Shown: one piece after another, positions 1 to 10,863 of the stretch
Layout of the letters: each line of letters opens with the position of its first letter
Numbering within the stretch: the first letter of the stretch is position 1
Source: Dehalococcoidia bacterium
GTDB taxonomy: Bacteria > Chloroflexota > Dehalococcoidia > Lucifugimonadales > QGNO01
Direction: 5' to 3'
NCBI GenBank assembly: GCA_965197965.1
Contig: OZ240235.1
Span: forward strand, 549,820 to 613,819
DNA length: 64,000 nt
Notes under the pieces: generated by a model
The model's input: only the letters and a program-made list of their open reading frames with translations
Told to the model about the DNA's origin: nothing
Databases searched by the model: none
Translations under genes and position numbers: made by a program

Positions 1-1226
1 TCCAGCTTGTATATCTTCCAGAACTCCTCCGCCTCCGTGGCGGCTGTTCCGGTCATGCCGGCCAGCTTGGAGTACATGCGGAAGTAGTTTTGCAGAGTGA
101 CGGTAGCGTAGGTCAGGCTCTCCTGCCTAACTTGGATGTTCTCCTTGGCCTCTATGGCCTGATGAAGGCCTTCCGAATAACGCCGACCCGGCATGAGGCG
201 TCCGGTGAACTCATCGACGATTATCACCTCTCCGTTCTGCACCACGTAATCAGTATCGCGCTGGTAAGCTACCTGGGCTCTGAGCGCATTCTCTACATAG
301 TGGGTCAGGGCGTAGTTTTCCGGGTCGTAGAGATTGTTCAGATTCAAAAGCTTCTCTACTTTGGATATACCATCTTCCGTGAGAACCACGGTGCGTTCCT
401 TCTCTTCAAAGACGTAGTCCTCTTCTCGGATGAGCCGCGGCACCATCTTGGCCATCGTGTTATACAGCTTGGTGGACTGGCGTGCAGGGCCGCTGATGAT
501 CAGCGGCGTTCTGGCCTCATCTATGAGGATGTTGTCCACTTCGTCAACTATGGCGTATTGCAATTCGCGGTGCACCATCATGTCCGCGCTGACCACTATG
601 TTGTCTCTCAAATAATCGAAGCCAAACTCGTTGTTGGTGCCGTAGGTGATGTCCGCGTGGTAGGCCTCTCGGCGGCTGATGGGACGCAAATGCTTCAGGG
701 CAGGGCCGTCGCCTTCGTAAGCCGGATCGAACAGGTAGGATGCGTCATGCTGCAGAGAGGCCACACTCAGCCCCAGAGAATGGAATATAGGCCCCATCCA
801 CTGGGCGTCGCGTTTCGCTAGGTAGTCGTTGACCGTGACCAGGTGCGCGCCCTTGCCTTCCAAAGCGTTGAGGTAGAGAGGCAGTGTGGCCACCAGCGTC
901 TTCCCCTCACCAGTTTTCATCTCGGCTATCTTGCCTTGATGCAGAACAATGCCACCCAAGAGCTGCACGTCGTAGTGCCTCATGCCTATGATCCGTTTAG
1001 AAGCTTCTCTAACGGCGGCAAATGCATCGGGCAGTAGATCGTCCAGAGACTTGCCCTCTGAGATGAGGTCTTTGAGTTCAGCCGTGGTCTGCTCAAGCTC
1101 CCCGGAGGAAAGCTTCTCAAACTCAGGCTCCAAACCGTTTACGTCCTCAACAAGCGATCTGAGCTTGTTGACCTCGTCCTCGTTAGAGCCTGTTATCTTC
1201 TTGAACGCGCTGGTTAAGATGCTCAT
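1..1226 (-). CDS. secA: Preprotein translocase ATPase SecA, N-terminal ~408 codons (gene continues beyond the left edge)
   Basis: My reverse translation from ATG (1226-1224) reads [22 protein letters not shown]...[67 protein letters not shown]. At the window edge it reads [37 protein letters not shown] and MTGTA are SecA hallmarks. The gene is absent from the ORF track because it is open at the edge. Track ORFs 90..821(+), 843..1037(+) and 982..1476(+) are antisense shadows. Confidence 0.9.
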   Translation of the reverse strand, partial: MSILTSAFKKITGSNEDEVNKLRSLVEDVNGLEPEFEKLSSGELEQTTAELKDLISEGKSLDDLLPDAFAAVREASKRIIGMRHYDVQLLGGIVLHQGKIAEMKTGEGKTLVATLPLYLNALEGKGAHLVTVNDYLAKRDAQWMGPIFHSLGLSVASLQHDASYLFDPAYEGDGPALKHLRPISRREAYHADITYGTNNEFGFDYLRDNIVVSADMMVHRELQYAIVDEVDNILIDEARTPLIISGPARQSTKLYNTMAKMVPRLIREEDYVFEEKERTVVLTEDGISKVEKLLNLNNLYDPENYALTHYVENALRAQVAYQRDTDYVVQNGEVIIVDEFTGRLMPGRRYSEGLHQAIEAKENIQVRQESLTYATVTLQNYFRMYSKLAGMTGTAATEAEEFWKIYKL

Positions 1227-1280
1227 GATTATTGCTAACAGCATGCAATGGAAGGCTATACCAAACTGCCTCCAAACCTT

Positions 1281-2228
1281 CTATTGGAACATTGCTCCCA
1301 CCGACAGCCCCCCATGGATCCTGTGTATGGCCTCTCCAAGCAAAGGAGCCACAGACAAGACGGTTATCTTTTCGTGCCTTCTGCCGTCCGTCATCTGCAT
1401 GGTGTCGGTGACAATGAGCTCCTTAAGGCGGCTGCCGCCTATCCTCTCCACGGCATTGCCGGACAGTACGGCATGAGTGCAGCAGGCGTAGACCTCGCGG
1501 ACGCCCCGCTGCTCCAGAGCTTCCACCGCAGATAGCAAGGAGCCGCCCGTATCTATTTCGTCATCCACGATGATGGCTATCTTGCCTTCCACCTCACCTA
1601 TAACGTTCAAGGTCTCCGCTCTATCTTCATTGCCGATTCGTCTCTTTTCAACTATGGCCAGCGGAGCGCCAACGCGTTGAGCCAAATCTCTGGCCCGCTT
1701 GATGGCTCCCAGGTCTACTCCTATGACCACGGCGTCGGGCAGTTCCTTTCCTTGGATATAGCGCGCCAGTATGGGCAGCGCAGTTAGCTCATCCACCGGT
1801 ATGTTGAAGAAACCCTGTATCTGGCCCGCATGCAGGTCTACGGTAAGCACCCTATCGGCTCCCGCCGTGGAGACCATGTCCGCTATCAACCGGGCGGAGA
1901 TGGGAACCCTGGGCTGGTCCTTCTTGTCCGTTCTGCCGTATGCAAAGTATGGGATTACGGCGGTCACTCTACCCGCGGAAGCCCTCTTGGCGGCGTCTAT
2001 CATTATCAGAAGCTCTACGATCTTATCGTTCACCGGGTAGGAAAATGGCTGCACAATGAAGACGTCCCGCTGGCGTATGTTCTCCTTGAACTGCACAAAC
2101 GTGTTGTCATTGGTGAACTTGAATACGTCCGCCCGTCCCACGGAAATGTCCAAATACTGGCAAATCGCTTCTGTAAGATCGGGGTGTGCCGTGCCGGAGA
2201 ATACCCGCAATTCGTCAAAGTTAGGCAT
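1281..2228 (-). CDS. prs: Ribose-phosphate pyrophosphokinase (PRPP synthetase)
   Basis: 315-aa ORF beginning MPNFDELRVFSGTAHPDLTEAICQYL. It has the PRPP-binding loop KIAIIVDDEIDTGGS and the length typical of Prs. Confidence 0.95.
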   Translation of the reverse strand: MPNFDELRVFSGTAHPDLTEAICQYLDISVGRADVFKFTNDNTFVQFKENIRQRDVFIVQPFSYPVNDKIVELLIMIDAAKRASAGRVTAVIPYFAYGRTDKKDQPRVPISARLIADMVSTAGADRVLTVDLHAGQIQGFFNIPVDELTALPILARYIQGKELPDAVVIGVDLGAIKRARDLAQRVGAPLAIVEKRRIGNEDRAETLNVIGEVEGKIAIIVDDEIDTGGSLLSAVEALEQRGVREVYACCTHAVLSGNAVERIGGSRLKELIVTDTMQMTDGRRHEKITVLSVAPLLGEAIHRIHGGLSVGAMFQ

Positions 2229-2385
2229 TACGTTCCCTTATGGCGTGTCAAGATTAAACTCCGATGCCTCTAACTGCGAATTCTTACATATCATAACACA
2301 GCCAGTCAGCCCACCAAGTGAATCGGCGGGAGTTTGACACTCCGTATTCAAGGGCAGAAAATGTGGCTTTACAAAGGAGCAGGTT

Positions 2386-3570
2386 ATGCAACAAGCGGTC
2401 ATAGTTAGTGGAGCACGCACCCCCATAGGCAGGTTTGGCGGCGCATTCAAATCGTTCGGTGCCCCGGACTTGGGCGCGGTCGCTATCAAAGCGGCCTTGG
2501 AAAGAACAGGCATAGACCCCGAGGAAGTAGACGAGGTAATACTAGGCAACGTCCTTCAGGCAGCCGACGCAGGATATGCTCCCCGTCTGGCTTCACTGAG
2601 AGCGGGCATCCCGGAGGAAGTCCCCGTTATAGCCATAAACCGTCAGTGCTCTTCAGGGCTGGAGGCAATAAATCTAGCCGCTCAGCTAATTCGCACGGGT
2701 GATGCCGACGTTGTGGTTGCGGGCGGTACGGAGAATATGAGCATGTCCCCTTATCTAATGCGCAACGTACGCTGGGATGGACTGCGCATGGGCAAGGCCA
2801 ACATGGACGATTCTTTGATAGAGGGGCTTAGCTGCCCGGTCAATAACTACCACATGGGCGTCACTGCTGAGAACGTGGCTTCGCGTTTTGAAGTGACCAG
2901 AGAGGACCAAGACCAGATGGCCGTCCTCAGCCATCAGCGTGCGGCGCACGCGGTGGATGCGGGCCTCTTCAAAGAGCAGATAGTGCCGGTCAGCGTACCG
3001 CAGCAACGCGGCGACCCCGTTTCTATCGACCGAGATGAAGGGCCCCGCGGCGATGCCACTCTGGAGAAGCTGGCCGAGCTGAGGCCCATCTTCAAAGACG
3101 GCGGCACAGTCACCGCGGGCAATGCATCCCAGGTCAACGACGGCGCCGCTGCCGTGGTGATGGTATCTATGGAAAAGGCCAAGTCCCTGGGACTGACACC
3201 CAGGCTGGAATGGGTGTCTCGTGCCGTAGCAGGAGTTGACCCGGCTTATATGGGCACCGGCCCGGTTCCCGCCGTGCGCAAGGTGTTGCAGAAAGCGGAG
3301 ATGTCCCTTGGCGATATAGACCTCATAGAGCTGAACGAGGCTTTCGCGGCTCAGGCTCTCTACTGCATACGGGAGCTTGATCTGGATATGGACAGGACCA
3401 ACGTGAACGGCAGCGGCATATCTCTGGGCCATCCCATAGGCGCTACCGGCGCCGTAATGACCGTGAAGTTGATGGAGGAGCTATCCTTGCGAGATGAGGA
3501 GACGGGCCTGGTCACAATGTGCGTGGGCGGAGGACAGGGCTGCGCCACAATTCTGAGGCGGGTGAGCTAG
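2386..3570 (+). CDS. Acetyl-CoA C-acetyltransferase (thiolase II family)
   Basis: 394 aa. It carries the active-site Cys region INRQCSSGLEAI and the C-terminal motifs NGSGISLGHPIGATGA and MCVGGGQG. Confidence 0.9.
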   Translation: MQQAVIVSGARTPIGRFGGAFKSFGAPDLGAVAIKAALERTGIDPEEVDEVILGNVLQAADAGYAPRLASLRAGIPEEVPVIAINRQCSSGLEAINLAAQLIRTGDADVVVAGGTENMSMSPYLMRNVRWDGLRMGKANMDDSLIEGLSCPVNNYHMGVTAENVASRFEVTREDQDQMAVLSHQRAAHAVDAGLFKEQIVPVSVPQQRGDPVSIDRDEGPRGDATLEKLAELRPIFKDGGTVTAGNASQVNDGAAAVVMVSMEKAKSLGLTPRLEWVSRAVAGVDPAYMGTGPVPAVRKVLQKAEMSLGDIDLIELNEAFAAQALYCIRELDLDMDRTNVNGSGISLGHPIGATGAVMTVKLMEELSLRDEETGLVTMCVGGGQGCATILRRVS

Positions 3571-3608
3571 CAGGAGCAATGCGCCTGTAAAGCCAGCCCA
3601 CTCACGCT

Positions 3609-3661
3609 TTCCAACTCCCCCTCTGCGCTGTTATAATCTCCAACTGCCCCGAGTTCGGGGC
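3609..3661 (+). promoter_or_regulatory. Candidate sigma70-type promoter plus leader hairpin upstream of purA
   Basis: TTCCAA (3609-3614), a 17-nt spacer, then TATAAT (3632-3637). This is followed by the hairpin GCCCCG-AGTT-CGGGGC (3646-3661) and TATCTTT. The hairpin could equally be the thiolase terminator. This is a sequence-pattern call only. Confidence 0.3.
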
Positions 3662-3675
3662 TATCTTTAGGTTAG

Positions 3676-4986
<1,311 letters not shown>

Positions 4987-5027
4987 AGGGCATCATACCG
5001 ATGCTCCATAGCCGGTAGGGAGGGAAT

Positions 5028-5927
5028 ATGAAGCTGGCCTACTTTGACGACTTTAGACTAGGTGTAGTCAGAGGCGAACACGTATTTGACGTAACTAACG
5101 TTGTGCAGGACATCCCGCACGTGGGCCCTCACGATCTGGTCAACTACCTCATAGAAGCGTTCGATACATACAGAGAGCGCTTAGAAGAGGCGTCCACCGG
5201 TTCTGAAGGGATCCCCATCAGCCAGGTCGCGTTCCGCCCGCCGTTGCCCAGGCCCGGCAAGATCCTTTGTATGGCTATCAACTACCTGGAGCACGGGCCG
5301 GAATCGGACATGCCTCCTATAAACGGCTTCCTCAAATCTCCCAACTCGGTGGCCGGAGACGGCGACACCGTGGAGTTACCCCCGGATCAGGCCTCCATAT
5401 TTGAACACGAGGCCGAATTGGGGGTTGTCATCGGCAAACGGGCCAGCAGAGTGAGTCAAGCCGATGCCTACAACTACGTCTTTGGCTACGTCAACCTGGT
5501 AGATGTATCGGCCCGCGACCTGGGCAATCCGCCGTACGACAGCTATTTCCCCATCAAGTCATGGCACAACTTCGCTCCCATAGGCCCTTACCTGGTCTCC
5601 GGCGACGAAATCAGCCAGCCCCAGAATACCCGCGTACGGCTCTGGGTCAGCGGCAAGCTGAACCAGGACTTCTATACCAGCGCCATGGCTCACAAGATAC
5701 CGGAATGCATCGAATGGGCATCCACCATCACCACTCTTGACCCCGGCGATATCATAGCCACGGGGACTCACCATCTTGACCTGGGACCGCTGCAAGACGG
5801 CGATGCGGTGGAGATGGAAGCGGATGGCTTGGGCAGGCTTCACTTCAAGGTAGTGGATCCTCTTAAACGTGAATGGCCCCGTGAAACACGCGCCGAAAAA
5901 GCCGCACGGGAAGCAGCAGGGAGATAG
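5028..5927 (+). CDS. Fumarylacetoacetate hydrolase (FAH) family protein
   Basis: 299 aa. The FAH-type core motifs are FEHEAELGVVIGK, FGYVNLVDVSARD and LDPGDIIATGT. Confidence 0.85.
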   Translation: MKLAYFDDFRLGVVRGEHVFDVTNVVQDIPHVGPHDLVNYLIEAFDTYRERLEEASTGSEGIPISQVAFRPPLPRPGKILCMAINYLEHGPESDMPPINGFLKSPNSVAGDGDTVELPPDQASIFEHEAELGVVIGKRASRVSQADAYNYVFGYVNLVDVSARDLGNPPYDSYFPIKSWHNFAPIGPYLVSGDEISQPQNTRVRLWVSGKLNQDFYTSAMAHKIPECIEWASTITTLDPGDIIATGTHHLDLGPLQDGDAVEMEADGLGRLHFKVVDPLKREWPRETRAEKAAREAAGR

Positions 5928-5930
5928 ACA

Positions 5931-6821
5931 GTGAAACTCGTTCTTTTCAACAGCACAAGACTAGGCGTGGTCAGCAACGGAAACGTTGTTGATATCACAG
6001 ACGCCGTTCAGGATATTCCTCACGTCACAACACAAGACCTGGTCAACGGAGTCATAGCCGGGTTCGACTCGCTTAAAAGCAAGCTGGAGGATGCGGCATC
6101 GTCCTCATCGGGGGTACCTCTGGAAAGCGTAACGCTGTCGCCTCCCCTGCCCAGGCCGGGCAAGCTCATCGCTATGGCGGTGAACTACATGGAGAACGGC
6201 GCTCTTAAAGAGAAGCCGCCCATCCATGCTTTTCTCAAATCACGCAACGCCGTCATTGGCCCGGGAGACACCATCGTTCTGCCAGAAGCTGAGGCTAACG
6301 TATTCCATCACGAGGCGGAACTGGGCGTAGTCATTGGCAAAGAGGCCACCAATGTAAAAGCCGAACAGGCTTTCGATTACGTGTTCGGCTATCTCAACTT
6401 CATCGACGTCTCGGCGAGGGGGCTCGGGGGCGGCAACTTCTTCTGGGTCAAGAGCTGGGACACCTTTGCCCCTATAGGTCCCTACCTTGTCAGCAAAGAC
6501 GAAATCGAGGACCCGCAAGACCTACCCATAAAGCTATGGGTGAACAATGAAATCCGGCAAGACTTGTCCACCAGCGATATGGCCCATGGCGTGGCCCGGT
6601 GTGTGGAATGGGTTTCGTCTATAACCACCCTTAACCCCGGCGACATCATTGCTACAGGAACCAACCATCAGGGTCTCGGCGCCATTCAGGACGGAGATGT
6701 CATCGATATGGAGATACAGGGTCTGGGCAGGCTAACCGTAAACGTACGGGATGACCGGAAGCGCGAGTGGCCCCGCAACGTAGACCAGCGTTTCGCAGAT
6801 AGAATGGCGGGACGGGCCTAG
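5931..6821 (+). CDS. FAH family protein, tandem paralog of the preceding gene
   Basis: 296 aa with a GTG start 3 nt after the upstream stop. It is collinear with the 5028..5927 product throughout (MKL..F....LGVV, PPLPRPGK, HHEAELGVVIGK, LNPGDIIATGT). Confidence 0.85.
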   Translation: MKLVLFNSTRLGVVSNGNVVDITDAVQDIPHVTTQDLVNGVIAGFDSLKSKLEDAASSSSGVPLESVTLSPPLPRPGKLIAMAVNYMENGALKEKPPIHAFLKSRNAVIGPGDTIVLPEAEANVFHHEAELGVVIGKEATNVKAEQAFDYVFGYLNFIDVSARGLGGGNFFWVKSWDTFAPIGPYLVSKDEIEDPQDLPIKLWVNNEIRQDLSTSDMAHGVARCVEWVSSITTLNPGDIIATGTNHQGLGAIQDGDVIDMEIQGLGRLTVNVRDDRKREWPRNVDQRFADRMAGRA

Positions 6822-6822
6822 C

Positions 6823-7521
6823 TTGCGCCTCAGCACGGTCCTGTTTGACTTCGACGATACTCTCGTTGACTCACTACAGGCGCGTGTGAATGCTCTTGGC
6901 TTGGTTTTCAATCGTGCGGGCATAGATGTCGATGCCGAAGCGTTCATGCTCGGGCTGAAGGGCCGCCAGCTGAAAAATGTGTTGGATGACCTGGAGGCGC
7001 GCGACGGGCGCAATTTAGGGCTTTTTGAAGCGTACAGAAGCACCTACTGGGGCAAACCGCCGGGCACCATCAAGCTGCTTCCAGGTGTGGCAGAGATGCT
7101 TCAGGAGCTGCACCATAGAGGCTTCAAACTGGGGATAGTGACCCAGAAGGGGCGCGACGTTGAGATAGACGGCCGGCGGGTCGGCGCTTGGCACGAGCTG
7201 GCAGAGCTCGGCATGGCGCATATGTTCCCCGTCATGGTGGGCTTTGAGGACGTGAGTCGTTACAAACCCGACCCTGAAGGAATACACATGGCGCTGGACC
7301 AGATCCAAGCGGATGCAGCAGCAACGATGTTCGTGGGTGACGGCGCCGCCGATATAGAAGCGGCACAGGCGGCAGGATGCTGGAGCTGTCACGCTGTATG
7401 GGGTATTCCACAAGAACAGCGCGTTCTGGACGGCGTGAGGCCGCACGCGGTGGCGGAGTCGCCCCAGGCGCTGCTTGATTTCGTTCTAACATTTAGTCAG
7501 GAGGTCGTGAGGCATGGCTGA
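6823..7521 (+). CDS. HAD-superfamily hydrolase (phosphatase-like)
   Basis: 232 aa with a non-ATG (TTG) start. HAD motif I is LFDFDDTLVDS and the late motif is FVGDGAADIEAA. The stop is TGA at 7519-7521, a genuine TGA stop. Confidence 0.8.
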   Translation: MRLSTVLFDFDDTLVDSLQARVNALGLVFNRAGIDVDAEAFMLGLKGRQLKNVLDDLEARDGRNLGLFEAYRSTYWGKPPGTIKLLPGVAEMLQELHHRGFKLGIVTQKGRDVEIDGRRVGAWHELAELGMAHMFPVMVGFEDVSRYKPDPEGIHMALDQIQADAAATMFVGDGAADIEAAQAAGCWSCHAVWGIPQEQRVLDGVRPHAVAESPQALLDFVLTFSQEVVRHG

Positions 7522-8227
7522 AGAGTCCAAAGAGCAGCCCTACAAACGAGGCATGGTGGTTGTAGCCCATCCGGATGACGCCGAGTTCGGTTGCTCTGCT
7601 TCCGTGGCCAGGTGGGTCAGAGAAGGCATCGAATTCGTCTACGTCCTTTGCACCGATGGCAGCAAAGGCACCTCCGACCGAAACATCACGTCAGAACAAC
7701 TGGTTGAAATACGCAAGCAGGAGCAGATAAGCGCGGGCAAAGTCCTAGGCCTCAAAGACGTGGTCTTTCTGGGCTATCCCGACGGTTATCTACAGCCCAC
7801 CCTAGACCTGCGCCGCGATATCGCCCGTGAGATACGCCGGTTCCGTCCCGATATCCTCATCACAACCAGTCCCACGCGTACGCTGACTGGCACCGGCTAC
7901 CTGGGCCATCCCGACCATTTCGCGGCGGGCGAAGCCGCGCTATCCGCCGTCTACCCGGCCGCACGGGACCACCTGACCTTTCCCGAACTGCTGGAACAGG
8001 GTTTGGAGCCTCACAAAGTACGGGAGGTCCTGATCATAGGGCACGACATATCCAATAAGTGGGTAGACGTTACTTCCGGCATAGACATCGCAATTCAGGC
8101 CCTGCTGGAGCACAAGAGCCAGGTTGGCGGCACCGCCGGGGAGCGCATGAAAGAGTGGAAGAGCCAGGCTGGCAAAGAGCACGGAATGGAATACGCCGAG
8201 GGATTCAAGAGCTTTACGTTGTCCTAG
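7514..8227 (+). CDS. PIG-L/LmbE family N-acetylglucosaminyl deacetylase
   Basis: 237 aa. It has VVAHPDDAEFG and GHPDH, the zinc-site motifs characteristic of PIG-L deacetylases. It overlaps the upstream gene by 8 nt. Confidence 0.8.
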   Translation: MAEESKEQPYKRGMVVVAHPDDAEFGCSASVARWVREGIEFVYVLCTDGSKGTSDRNITSEQLVEIRKQEQISAGKVLGLKDVVFLGYPDGYLQPTLDLRRDIAREIRRFRPDILITTSPTRTLTGTGYLGHPDHFAAGEAALSAVYPAARDHLTFPELLEQGLEPHKVREVLIIGHDISNKWVDVTSGIDIAIQALLEHKSQVGGTAGERMKEWKSQAGKEHGMEYAEGFKSFTLS

Positions 8228-8241
8228 CTCAGCTGCCTAAT

Positions 8242-9225
8242 CTATTTGTTGGCAGCGCGCTCCGCCCGTATCCGCTTGTAGTCCTCACGTCTCCAGCGAT
8301 AGGGCAAGCTGACGACCGTCCCCGCTTCTGTGGCCGTTTCCAGAACGTTCAGCGCGTCTTCCAGTATCACACGATGCTGGTCCGCATTGTTCGGCTCACC
8401 CATGGGCCGGCCAAATGGGAAGCGGACGTGGGCAACGCGAGGGGGATGAATCTTCTCCGCCATCTCCTTGTACATCATGACGAGCACCGTGGAGATGCCC
8501 TCCCCTTCTATTGCCCTTGCTATCAGTCCGCCGGACCGGTTGCACACCGGTCAGGTGGACGTGAGCACCACAGCCTGAACGCCGTCGGCCTTCAGACGTT
8601 TCGCCACTTCGGGAGCGGTCTCAGTGCTGAGCAGGTCGGGACGTTGTATGTACCCCATGAACGAGTAGTTGGTGCTCGCGAGACTCCCTATAACCCCTTC
8701 CTGTTCCAGTTCTACCATTCTGTCCAACGGGAAGACGCAGTTGATGTCTTCACGAGGCCCGGAGAGGTCGTAATGCAGGTGGGCCAGGCGAAGCTCATCG
8801 CGTGGAACATCCTTGGGAATCGCCCGCCACGACCAGTCGCCCAGGCCTTCCGGCCCATCCGTCTGGTAGGGTTCCTGACCCTCCACGTAAACGCCGCCTG
8901 TGGTAATCAAGGCGAATTTGGCCTGGTTCAGCGGCGCCGCAACAGGCGACCACGGTATTCCTTCCACATCCACGCCGCGGGCCCGTGCTCCGGCCAGAGC
9001 TCTGCCCCGTTCTTCCCATACCTCCAGGTAGTCCCATAGCGCCGCGGCGTCTCCAGCTTCCCTACTCTCAACCGCCTTTTGCAGCAGTCCGTTGAGAAAC
9101 TCCGCCTGCTCCTCCTCGCTCATGTGCGTGCCCACGTAGCGAATGAAGGAAAAAGCCGCCGTATTTGCGGGTGTCCTCAGTATCCGCCCCATGAGCGCTT
9201 TAACGTCTGTTGATTGCTCCGTCAT
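8242..9225 (-). CDS. Glycine/sarcosine/betaine/D-proline reductase selenoprotein-B (GRDB) family protein, with in-frame UGA read as selenocysteine
   Basis: Track ORFs 8551..9225 (224 aa) and 8242..8547 (101 aa) are in the same frame, separated only by TGA (8553-8551) plus CCG. The joined ~327-aa product reads ...ADGVQAVVLTST-U-PVCNRSGGLIARAIEGEGISTVLV, which contains a UxxC motif. ALITTGGV, NCVFPLDRMVELEQEGVIGSLA and FPFGRPMGEP fit the GRDB family as I remember it. Confidence 0.75.
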
Positions 9226-9339
9226 ATCACCAGCCCAGGTCAGGATGCCTTGATTTTAGCAGAAGGCCTAACGGCGTTGAAATCATGCTCCCTACCCAAG
9301 TAGAGTGTAGCCGTCTGTCCGCCCGCTGTCATACCGGAG

Positions 9340-10845
9340 TTGACGCCAATGACCCACGAGACGCCGCCTCAACTGTCCAAATCCAGGTTCGTAGCCGGGC
9401 TTCAGTGCCTGAAACGACTCTATCTGGACTGCTATCACCGCGAGCTTGCCGACCCCGTGGAAGCGGGCCAGCAAGCTGTCTTTGATACCGGAACCACCGT
9501 CGGCGAGCTGGCAAGACAGCGATTCCCCAAAGGGGTCCTCGTTGCGGAGCAGTACCATGAGCACTCCCAAGCAGTGCAATCAACGCAGGTTCTACTGTCT
9601 GACGTCTCCGTCCCCGTCATGTACGAGCCGGCCTTCGCCTTCCAGAGCATCAGGACGCGGGTCGACGTCCTCGTCCGGGCCGACGGGCAGGAGTTCGACC
9701 TAATCGAGGTCAAGTCGACCGCCAGCCCCAAGGAGCAGCACGTCCCTGACGTTGCAATTCAAATGTACGTTGTAGATGGCTGCGGCGTCCCCGTCAGAAG
9801 GGCGTATCTCATGCATATCAATACCGGATACGTTTACCAGGGCGGAGCCTATGACCTGGAACGGCTCTTCTCCCTAGAAGACGTTACGGACAAGGCCAGG
9901 ACGTACATAGCGGAACAAGTGCCCGGGGCCCTGTCGCAGATGTGGGAGTCGCTGCAGCTTGCCGAGACCCCGGACATCGAAACTGGCCCCCACTGCACGA
10001 CCCCCTATCGGTGTCCCTTCTTTGGACACTGCCATGCAGGTGAGCCGGAGCACCCAATTAGAGACTTGCCCCGGTTGAGGCATACAGACCGCAAACGCCT
10101 GAAGGAATCCGGAATACGGGACGTAGGCAGCATACCGCTGGACTTCCCGGGCCTCTTGCAGATACAGCGTCGAGTGCGGGACAGCGTGACCATGTGCCGA
10201 CCTTTCGTAGGTCCCAACTTGGCGTCGAGGCTGGCGGAGATAGACTTCCCGGCTGCCTTCCTGGACTTTGAGACGCTGGGCCCTGCCGTTCCCATATTCG
10301 CGGGCACAAGGCCCTACCAGACAATTCCGTTCCAGTGGTCGCTGCACGTGATGAACCGGGACGGCGGGCTGAGGCACAGCGCCTTCCTGGACAACGGCCT
10401 AGACGACCCTAGGGAGCGTCTGATAGTCGCTCTGCTTGAAGCAACGCCCTCCGAAGGCTCGATAGTTGTGTACTCGGGCTACGAGGCAACGGTTCTCAGA
10501 GAACTGGCGCAGGCGTTCCCCCAGTACGAAGGCCACCTGCTGGCCCTGTGCGACAGAATGGTCGATCTCCTGAGGATTATAAGGGAGAGCTACTATCACC
10601 CGGAGTTGCACGGCAGCTTCTCCATCAAATCGGTTGCGCCGGTCCTGGCTCCGGGACTGGCTTACGACGACCTAGAGGTGCCGGAGGGCATGGCGGCCGC
10701 GGCGGCCTACGCCCGCCTACTTACCGACGACCCGCTGGAGAGCGAGAGGGCCGCGACCAGGGAAGCGCTGCTGGCCTACTGCGAGCGTGACACGCTGGCT
10801 ATGGTCCGGGTATACGAAGCGCTGCTGGCGAAGGCGCGCCAGTAA
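9340..10845 (+). CDS. DUF2779 domain protein (Cas4/RecB-like PD-(D/E)xK nuclease superfamily with a Cys cluster)
   Basis: 501 aa. The N-terminus LSKSRFVAGLQCLKRLYL is typical of DUF2779. It has DLIEVKS (ExK-like) and the Cys cluster HCTTPYRCPFFGHCH. The start is TTG 9340 or ATG 9349. Confidence 0.7.
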   Translation: MTPMTHETPPQLSKSRFVAGLQCLKRLYLDCYHRELADPVEAGQQAVFDTGTTVGELARQRFPKGVLVAEQYHEHSQAVQSTQVLLSDVSVPVMYEPAFAFQSIRTRVDVLVRADGQEFDLIEVKSTASPKEQHVPDVAIQMYVVDGCGVPVRRAYLMHINTGYVYQGGAYDLERLFSLEDVTDKARTYIAEQVPGALSQMWESLQLAETPDIETGPHCTTPYRCPFFGHCHAGEPEHPIRDLPRLRHTDRKRLKESGIRDVGSIPLDFPGLLQIQRRVRDSVTMCRPFVGPNLASRLAEIDFPAAFLDFETLGPAVPIFAGTRPYQTIPFQWSLHVMNRDGGLRHSAFLDNGLDDPRERLIVALLEATPSEGSIVVYSGYEATVLRELAQAFPQYEGHLLALCDRMVDLLRIIRESYYHPELHGSFSIKSVAPVLAPGLAYDDLEVPEGMAAAAAYARLLTDDPLESERAATREALLAYCERDTLAMVRVYEALLAKARQ

Positions 10846-10863
10846 CGCTGAAAGGAGGCTTTG

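Noticed and set aside
90-1535. Plus-strand ORFs 90..821, 843..1037, 982..1476 and 1248..1535.
   Set aside because: They are antisense shadows of secA and prs. The minus-strand translations carry unmistakable SecA and Prs motifs.
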